The notes under the pieces were generated by a model, which had not been told where the DNA came from, did not search any database, and saw only the letters and a program-made list of their open reading frames with translations. Shown in pieces: positions 54,626 through 64,000 of a stretch of 64,000 bases of DNA; the stretch's first letter is position 1, and every line of letters begins with the position of its first letter. Origin of the DNA: Dimorphilus gyrociliatus (Eukaryota > Animalia > Annelida); NCBI GenBank assembly GCA_904063045.1, contig CAJFCJ010000002.1, positions 2,192,422-2,256,421 of the forward strand. The letters are read 5' to 3'. Position numbers and translations under genes: made by a program.

Positions 54626-56270
54626 TCAGCAAAACTGTAAAAAGAATTAATTGGGTATCAGTAATGGTAAAAAAAATATATTTTCCATTTAATACAAGTA
54701 TGATATTTTCTATAATATAAAGTTATTTACCTTCCACCTATGTCCACACTCTTGACAAAGACAAAATGTTGTCATAGGTTCATCAGCACTTCTAGTTTGG
54801 ACTTGATTATACAATACACTCCTCTTGCCACACTTTCCACATTTTATCAAACTAGTCGCTGTACCACCTCTAACAGCCATCTGGTGGTCATTAATAGCTT
54901 GTTTAGTAAATTTTTCCCTCAATTCTTTCATTTCGTCAGACGCCATATCCTAAATAGAAATTGTCGATTAAATAAAAAATTAATCAAGTTAAGAGCATAT
55001 TTGATATAATTAAAAAAAGCTATTATTCGTGCTATATTAAATATATAAAACATTCGCTAAGACTTGAAACTAGCCACTAGCATCTGGAACTCAATTATTT
55101 TTATGATTTTTAAAGTTTAAAGGTTCTTTCGTCTAGAAGACAAAATTTGTTTAAAAGAAAATATGACTCTCCAAAACAGTTTAATCAAAATCGATCTAAT
55201 TATAGTTTAAAATAATGCGCTAAATCGTAAAGTTAGCACCTTGTCAACCAAATTTTTTTATTGGATTTGACACTTTCAAAACTAGTTTTTGTTAAAGAAA
55301 TATATTTACCTCTGCTGTCATTATTGCGATTCTTTCAGCTGATATATATCCCATCAATACGTTTTCTCTGAGTTTAGGATTCTTGCTGTCTCTTAAGTTT
55401 AATACTCGACTTCTCACTCGGTTTTTATATTTATTGTCGGTATTACCGAATTCATTAAAAATGTGGTCTTCTATAGCAGCCGCCACGTCCACTGGATCAT
55501 TAGATTCAGTTGGTAAATCTAAGTGAAGATATAAAGTATTAATAAGAAATTATTCCTATAGAAATTTGGATAAATTTTTAAAAGATCTTACCACCAGACT
55601 TTAAAGCATTAACCAGCATCTCTCGACATTTCAATCTAATTGGGTCGGATGTATGGGAAACCCTTTCAGGATAACTACGAATCATATGCATATTTGCTGG
55701 ATTAGGGCTATCTTTTCTTTGAGAATCTGTAGGACTTTGAGAATAATCGTCCGACATTGTACTTAGAGTACTATCAGTTCTTGGAAATTCTTGACCACCT
55801 TCATGATGAACTGATTTTCCCTTTTCTTTTGTATCTTTTTTACCGGAATCACCTAATTAAATCATTGGTTCAAATTAGCTTGAAAAAAAATTTATAAGAA
55901 TTTTATAATTTACCAATCAATTTTTTCCATGATTTAATTAGCGATCTTGCTAAAGAAATGACCTCATCATCCTTTGTCGATTTTCGAAAATTGTTAACGA
56001 TCATTCCAATTTTAGTTTTTTGTAAAACTTCTAAATTCATCTTTTGTTTCTTCAGCTGCATAAGAAGTTCCATAGCAGTCGCTTGATCCTGTGAAAAAAA
56101 TAAACATGGAAAATACCTCTTAGGAAATCCCAAATGAAAACGAGATTCCGCCATTTTGAAACAGGAGCGAAAGACACGATACAAACATATAAAATACTTA
56201 CCACAGACTTACTCGAAACCATCTTTTCTAATTTTTTCCCGATCTTAAGAACATCCTCTTGTAGCGGCAT
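54626..56270 (-). CDS. TCEA1: Transcription elongation factor TFIIS (TCEA)
   Basis: N-domain ([26 protein letters not shown]), central domain ([22 protein letters not shown]) and zinc ribbon [25 protein letters not shown]|FC* with the catalytic DE intact. Confidence 0.95.
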
Positions 56271-57187
56271 TATATAACGATAGAGAATTTAGTGTGTATG
56301 CGTTTTAAATTTTAATATTTGTTAGGGAATGCGTGTTCTAACGTTTCGTCTTCAAAACGAGGCGGAATAGCTGGTTCGTTGTCAAAAACGACTCTCGTTC
56401 TCGAATTTGCGAAGACTGGTACCAGATCACCATTTCCATTTTGACCTGGCCCAATATAGGTTAAAGTTTATTTGAATTTCGAAGACAAATTCTTAAATAT
56501 TGCATTTTGCTTAAAGAGGCGATTTCCCCTAGTAAAAGCTGTCTGTTAATTTAAAGTTGTTATTTTTCCATTCAAACACAAAAGTCACCTAAATGTCCTA
56601 GAGAAATAAAATTCTTATGCCACTTATCATTCGACTATATATAGATTTTCCTACACATATCAACGTAATAACATAAATCTATAATCATAATTTGTATATC
56701 CATTAAAAAAAGTATAGCCATTTGAAACAACGGTAATTTCAATTTTTCAATTTCCTCTCTCAGCTGGTTTAAAATGAATTTTTATTAAAAAACATCATTA
56801 ATAAAAATTGTATTACTTTGTATTAAACCGATAGATAGTTTCCCTATGCTCGAAAGATAGATAGTAGCTCAAAAAAAGATCACTTTGAATATTTTGCGAA
56901 ATCTTTGGTAAGATATTTAAACTTTAAATTGAACATAAACTACTTTTAAGACTTTATTGTAAATCTTATTAATTGTACTGGATAGTATTAAAAGTGAAAT
57001 TTTTAGACTAGAACTATTGTAAAATTTCTGTAAAACTTTTTTATTATATAAATTTAGATCTCTCTCTCTTCCAATAGCAGTCTTAATAAATCTGAAAATT
57101 ATAAATAGGTAAAGCCCGTCATGCCTTAGATAACTATTTATACTATTATTATTCTATTGAATATTAAAAGTTTTTTGTATTTTAACA

Positions 57188-57219
57188 TAATCAACTATGA
57201 GTAATCAACTATGAGTAAT
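57188..57219. repeat. 14-bp tandem duplication (TAATCAACTATGAG) x2.3
   Basis: Read directly in the TCEA-ABCA intergenic region. Confidence 0.85.
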
Positions 57220-57431
57220 AGACAATAGTTAAAGATTTAAACAGTCAACAATAGGGCATAGTTAAATTTGGAGTCAGTTATATTATTGTTCAACTTTTTG
57301 CAATGTCTTTAATTTTAATAGTATTTCATTTAATGAATTACAAATTGCTATCAATATGTTGCCTTACAAGATATAATACTTAATAAAACAATTATCTTTT
57401 GAAGTTTATTTATTTCCCGGAAAATCTAGTT

Positions 57432-57443
57432 TGACCTTGACCT
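57432..57443. promoter_or_regulatory. Perfect nuclear-receptor DR0 element (AGGTCAAGGTCA on the minus strand) upstream of ABCA
   Basis: TGACCTTGACCT on the plus strand, about 535 nt upstream of the ABCA ATG. Confidence 0.45.
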
Positions 57444-57977
57444 TTTATCATTATTTTCGAATTTTTACTGAAATATACTTATATCACAAGAATAATATTA
57501 TTAAAATATTTAAAAAATAATGTAATTGTTTAGTAAATTATATATATATATATATATATTCTATGGGACCAATCAGAGATCAATATTCTGAGGGCACTTT
57601 TTAGAACGTTATAGTTTACATGAAAAAAGAACAATTAGGCAGAATACTGATTAACACCACTTCAACCAGTATGAGCGGAGAACTTTATTGAGTAACTAGT
57701 TGGATGCCGGAGTGTTGTCCTGAAATTACAGTATTTTAGATTTTATCAACCATATTTTTTATTCCCTTCATTGAAAATAAAAGATAATCAGAAAGGTAAA
57801 AAATTTTTATATTTGCTATTGTTTAGTAAATATTAAAGATATCAACTATTCTTGATAGTTTTGATTCATACGATTAAGTAGATATTCATGTCTTATCTTT
57901 TTGATACTGCGAATATTTATCCATTGAATTTTTATTTTTACAGCTATAATACAGAATCTGCACTTAACCTGTCAAAA

Positions 57978-60900
57978 ATGGCTTTCTTTCAGCAATTAAG
58001 ATTGCTTTTATGGAAAAATTTTACACTTAAACGGCGAAAACCTATTATGACCACTGTTGAGATAATATGGCCATTATTTTTATTTATTATTCTTGCTTGG
58101 GTTAGAACGAGAGGTTTAAAAGAATTCAATCACGAATGTCACTTCGACGCTAAAGCTTTGCCATCAACTGGTATTTTCCCATTTCTGCAGAGTGTAGTTT
58201 GCAGCTTGAATAATACTTGTCACATCAATGAAACTGATACTGAACGAAGATTGCTAACTGACACTTTCTCGTCAAGTTCCTTGACAACTATAATATCTGA
58301 CTTTGATGTGGTTCTTAGCAATGAGAACAACATAGAAGCTTTGGCGAGACTAATAGTTGATGCTGATAATTTGAGGAAACTAGTCTCTGACGACATTCTT
58401 AGCGGTAACGTCCCATGTACCACACAACTTACAAATCTGTTAAACTCTAGTGACTTTAGAGAACGACTTAAAGAAGATAATATCTCTTTATCCAACGAGG
58501 CTATTACGTTACTTCTACAGAGTGACATTAACGAAACAAACGTGAGCATTAAAATTGATATCGATTTAATAGACCTTGTCACTTCTTATTTTCTCTTGCT
58601 GTATTTTTCCGTTTATATTCTTAGTCATACGTGTAAATATAATTCCTGTTCTTATTTTTAGGCCTTGATGAGGGGACTGGACTTTTTAAGGGATCAGCAA
58701 TTTAATCCTAATAGATTAAATGAAGAAGCAGAAACGATATTTTGTGATAAGAATGAATTTGATCGTTTATTGACCGTTCATCATAGTGATAACGAAACGG
58801 AAATATTGCGTCAATCCATTTGTGGTCTGCCTGGGGATCAAAGAGTAGATTTGCTGAATGATCTTATACAAGCTATATCAATACCTAGATTAATTGAAGG
58901 GCTTAATAATTGTTCAGAAGCAGCGGGAATACCCAGAGTCCAGAGTCGCTTTGAGGAAATTAACTCTCTTACGAGGATTGCTAATGATATCTCCCAACTG
59001 AATTCTTTGTGGAAAGCTTTTGGGGATATTCAACAAGCTGTTGGTACATCGGATGCACCGACATCATCAAGAATTAGCAAACTACTCTGTGGCAGATCAT
59101 CCCAATTTCTTGAAAGAATTTTGCGAAGTCAGGAAAGTGCCAACGAGGCGCTTCCAACTACTAAGAGGCCTAGCAATGACGATAATGATCACGAAGCTCA
59201 TGAAAATGATCAGAGAAGAAAATGTGTAGAGAAGTATGAGAATATGACTGACTACTGCAAGTCATTTATATGTAGTATGCAAGAATCGAGATCAACTAGA
59301 TTACTATGGAGGCAACTTGGACCAATTGTCAGAGGAAATATACTCTATACTCCTGACATTCCAGTTGTTAGGGAATTTTTGAACAATTCGTTGACTTTAT
59401 TTCAACAGATTGGTTTGCTTAAACAATTTGCAAAGGATTTCTTGGATATAACTCCAGATTTAGTCAGTACGGTTAATAGCGAATGGTTTGAAGTTATATT
59501 ATCTGCCGTTCAATCACCTCAAACTGGTAGTATTTTCCCCAATACAACCGGAGTAAATGATTTCCAAAACTTAATTAGAAATCAGAATTTATCAGACCTA
59601 ATAGAAACGGTAGCAGCTGTTATAAATGCAACTGCACAGTTTCTAGACTGTGTGAAACTTGACAAATTGCAAGGAATTGAATCAGAAGGTCGTTTACTTT
59701 ATGAAGGACAAAAGATGATCAGTAATGGAACATTCTGGGCTGGAATAGTATTTGAAATTCCTGAAGATGCTAAAGAAATACCTGATTTACTTCACTATAA
59801 AATAAGAATGGATTCGGCAAAAATTGATAATACAAAATATAAAGTAGATCGATTTTGGCGGCCTGGTCCTAGAAGGATGCCTTTTAGTGATCTGAAGTAT
59901 TTCCTCTCGGGTTTTATCTTTCTTCAAGATATGATCGACTCTTATTATATAAAAACAAGAGCAACAGACCCAAATGAAGCGAACCTTGGAATGTACATGC
60001 AACAATTTCCATATCCCTGTTATATCTATGATCAATTTGTTAGAGCTTTAACTGGTATGATGCCGCTGTTTATGACTGTTGCATGGATTTTATCCGTTGC
60101 TATGATTGTCAGATCTATCGTGTATGAAAAGGAAAAACGATTAAAAGAGGTAATGCGAACTATGGGTCTAGGAAACCTTGTACACTGGATTGCCTCGTTT
60201 ATAACGTCATTAATAATTTTGTTAGTAAGCTGTATTGCTCTCCTCATTATCTTAAAAGTTGGAAAAGTGGCTGAACATGCAAATGCCGGTGTAATCTTGG
60301 TTTTTCTCCTTTGTCATGTAGTCGCTACGATAGCTCAAACTTTCCTTATCTCAACACTCTTTTCCAGAGCTAATTTAGCGGCGGTTTGCGCTGCCATTAT
60401 CTATTTCGTCGGCTATTTGCCATATAGCATATGCTTAAGATATGAAGAAAATATGATGTTCTGGCATAAATGCGTAGCTTGTTTATCTTCAACCGTATCA
60501 TTTGGTTTTGGATGCTCTTATATAGCTCGATACGAAGAGATTGGTGAAGGACTTCAGTGGTCAAACGTAGGAAAAAGCCCTCTGCCAGATGATAACTTCA
60601 GCGCTGCTACATCCATGTTAATGATGCTCGTTGATTCCTGCATTTATTTTCTGATCACTTGGTACATCGAAGCAGTCTTTCCAGGAGATTACGGAGTTCC
60701 ACAAAAATGGTACTTTCCTGTCCAATCTTCCTACTGGAGAGGCTTCATCTCAATGAAAAAGGTCAGTGATTCAAGCACTGCGTACCATTCCGAAAGTTTA
60801 GATTCAACTAAATACGAAGAGTGGGCATCTCATGAGAAAATAGGCGTCAGTATCAAGGGTTTAACGAAAAAATTCGGCAATAAAACCGCAGTTGATAGTT

Positions 60901-63900
60901 TAAACTTGAATTTTGCACATGATCAAATTACATCTTTCCTTGGTCATAATGGAGCTGGAAAGACCACAACAATTTCAATATTAACTGGCATTATTCCACC
61001 ATCGTCTGGAACGGCTGTTATTTATGATAAAGATATTAGAACTGATCTGCCTGAAATAAGAAAATCTCTGGGACTCTGCCCACAACATAACGTATTATTT
61101 GGTAATCTCACTTGTGAGGAGCACGTCTGGTTTTACGGCTCCCTAAAGGGCATGACAAATGCTGAAATAAAACAAGATTTAGACAAACTATTAAGCGATG
61201 TTGATTTAATACACAAAAAGGATGCTCTATCAACTTCCCTATCAGGTGGAATGCAAAGAAAACTTTCCATTGCTATTGCCTTCGTAGGAAATTCTAAAGG
61301 TACGTTAAAAAAATTGAAGGGATTTTAGTCAAACAGTCAACTAATAGGTTATATATTTTTTTACTATTTTTCAGTGGTTATTTTGGACGAACCAACAGCT
61401 GGAGTAGATCCTCACGCTAGGCGAGCTATTTGGGAATTACTTCTTAAATACAAAAAAAGTCGTACCATCATACTGTGTACCCACTTTATGGATGAAGCTG
61501 ATGTTCTGGGAGATAAAATAGCTATTATTGCTCATGGTAAACTTAAATGTTATGGATCTAGTATGTTTTTAAAGAATTCTCTTGGTGATGGATACCAGTT
61601 GACGTTAGTAAGAGCTGAAGAACAAATAAAAGATTCAACGGCTGTAACTAGACTCGTTTGCCAGCATGTTGAGGAAGCTAGGTTAATTGAAGATATTGGA
61701 ACGGAAATGACTTTTCAATTGCCATCATCAAAGTCACAAAATTTTCCCGAACTGTTTAATGCTTTAGAAAAATTAAAGGAAGAACTCGGAATATCAAGTT
61801 ATGGAATTTCGGACGCAGCCTTAGAAGAAGTTTTTCTAAAAGTTGCAGAAGATGCTAAAGTTACCGAGGGAACTGAACAAAGAGAAAGAGACGAAATAGA
61901 TGATACACGAAGTGAAAATAATATATCATTTCCAACTACATTTTCCAGTTTCCGCAAGAGATTAAATTATTTAAATAAGAAGCTCAGAAAAACTGTCGAT
62001 TCTAGACATTTGGTCAATGATCACCATAAAAATATTAATATTGAAAATTGCAATGGTGCAGGATCTCATAAGATCGATGGATTTCACTTGCTAAGGAGAC
62101 AATTTTCTGGAATATTTATTAAAAGATTTCATAATACTCGAAGGAATATTAAAGGTCTATTTGCAGAAATAGTACTTCCTGCAGTATTTGTTTGCTTGGC
62201 AATGATTTTCTCAACCCTGAAAATTACTCAACCCGATCAAGCCCCATTGGAATTACATCCTTGGACTCTAAAGCCTAGTAATGCTGAGGACAAGCATTTG
62301 TATATGTTCTATAGCAAAGATAGTACTAATTCAATATTAGGAGACAAACTAGAATATGAGCTTACTCAGTCTGAAACCAGTTTAGGAACTCGTTGTCTCC
62401 CCTCAGACTTTTGGAATATAGATGGAAAAAGTTGTGAAAAATCCTCTAGTACAAAATGGTCTGAACCACCTGCGTTTGTTGCTAATTACTCATCATTGCC
62501 TAAGTGCTCCTGTGAGAATGGGTTCATAAAATGCCCTGATGGAGCTGCAGGCCCCACACCTGCTAAAAGGATCCTTCCCACTACAGATGTAATCTTTAAC
62601 TTGACGAACTACAATGTTTCCGATTGGTTGAAGAAGACTATGCCTGATTATATTAAGAAGCGGTATGGGGGGTATTCCTTTATTGACAATAACGAATTGG
62701 ACTTGAATAATTCTGAAATAGTAAATAGTACTCAAAATCTGCAATTGCTCAGCACCCTTATTTGTGGTAACATTACCAATTGTTCTGCTAGAGCTATTCT
62801 AAATGATCTGATAAATATCTCAAAAATAGCTGTAACCCCTAAAACAGCAAAAGTGTGGTTCAATAACAAGGGCCATCCAGCATCAGTAGCCTATTTAAAT
62901 GCATTTTCTAACATGCTTTTGAGGGCTACTGTCAACTCAACTACTTCAAGAAGACATGGTATAGTTGCGGTTCAACATCCGTTAAATTTAACGTCACTTC
63001 AATTGGAGGATTTTGCCTTAAGAGCTTCAGCAGTTGATGTTCTTATAGCTATCAGTGTAATATTTGCGTTATCTTTTATACCTGCATCCTTCGTTCTGTT
63101 CTTGATAGACGAGAGAGTTTCTAACGCTAAGCACTTGCAGTTGGTTTCTGGTGTCAGTCCAGTTGTATACTGGCTATCAACTTTTGCCTGGGATATGTTA
63201 AGCTACTGTTTTTCAGTACTGATTTGCTTTATTATCTTCTTATGCTTTCAAACAAAGGCATACGTATCTGCAGATAATGCACCGTGTTTACTCCTTTTAC
63301 TTTTACTCTACGGGTGGTCAATAATTCCTATGATGTACCCTACAAATTATTTATTTAGAATTCCTTCTCTTGCATTTATTCTACTATCTAGCATCAACGT
63401 AATGGTTGGTTTCTTGTCAACAATATCTACATACTTTATGGAATTCTTCGATGATGAAGAATTACAAAATATCAACAACATTTTGAGAAAAGTTTTCCTT
63501 ATTTTACCGCACTATTGCCTTGGTAGAGGCTTGGTAGACATGGCAGCTAATCAATTGTCAGCCGACGTTTTCCAAAGTCTTGGTGAGGTAGAGTTTAAAG
63601 ATCCTCTTAGTTGGGAAATGTGTGGCAAGAATCTACTCTCCATGTTCTTACTTGGATGGTTGTTTTTAGCCTTAACTCTCTGTATTCAATATGGCTTTTG
63701 GTACAGGAAATGGTTTCCAATGGCGAAAAAGCAATACATACCACCTGCCAATGCAGCGGAGGATCCAGATGTTGAAGCGGAACGACACCGTGTTCAATCA
63801 TCTGATGACTTATTGAAAGTAGATGGACTTGCAAAAGTTTACAACAATTTTCAACCGTTTATGTGCCGATTTAAACCGAATTCGGCTGTAAAAGGTATCC

Positions 63901-64000
63901 ATTTTGGAGTGAGAAAGGGTCAGTGTTTTGGTCTGTTGGGTGTCAATGGAGCTGGAAAAACAACTACTTTCAAAATGTTGACTGGGGACTTGGATGTAGG
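57978..64000 (+). CDS. ABCA1: ABC transporter subfamily A (ABCA1/4/7-like lipid exporter), 3' partial
   Basis: [20 protein letters not shown] start, large ECD1, [14 protein letters not shown]1 ([25 protein letters not shown]), second TMD, and NBD2 Walker [10 protein letters not shown] at the window edge; introns 58542-58661 and 61300-61374. Exact paralogue assignment uncertain. Confidence 0.9.

Noticed and set aside
57888-57977. N-terminal extension of the ABCA ORF (MSYLFDT...)
   Set aside because: It crosses a pyrimidine-rich acceptor at ~57942; the conserved ABCA start [14 protein letters not shown] begins at 57978.

Overview
AT-rich, very gene-dense eukaryotic (animal) genomic DNA with short GT-AG introns, mostly about 50-110 nt. 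It is not prokaryotic, and I see no CRISPR array, rRNA, tRNA or recognisable transposon. OvoA, a vertebrate-like NuMA N-terminus and the extreme compaction suggest a small-genome marine invertebrate, probably a spiralian (inference only). I spliced 14 protein-coding genes by hand; several are invisible in the ORF track. Minus-strand run from 34.6 kb down to 1: orphan type I membrane protein, tandem-domain GT32-like glycosyltransferase, DNAH5/8 outer-arm dynein, C2H2 zinc-finger protein, TRIM71/lin-41, PPP5C, NUDT12, NuMA-like (partial). From 35 kb onward: two-domain DHFR (+), MIF4G-domain protein (+), OvoA ovothiol synthase (-) head-to-head with PRXL2C/AAED1 (+), CDC14 (+), TCEA/TFIIS (-), ABCA1-like (+, partial). 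Best leads: (1) a DHFR-DHFR tandem fusion whose second domain has a remodelled folate pocket; (2) duplicated, apparently mutually exclusive catalytic-domain exons in NUDT12 (35-nt spacer) and in CDC14; (3) an OvoA/peroxiredoxin-like divergent pair on a tiny shared promoter; (4) let-7 and lin-4/miR-125 sites in the lin-41 3'UTR; (5) dynein microexons and an X-box in CDC14. All exon models are manual predictions without RNA evidence, and orthologue comparisons are from memory.
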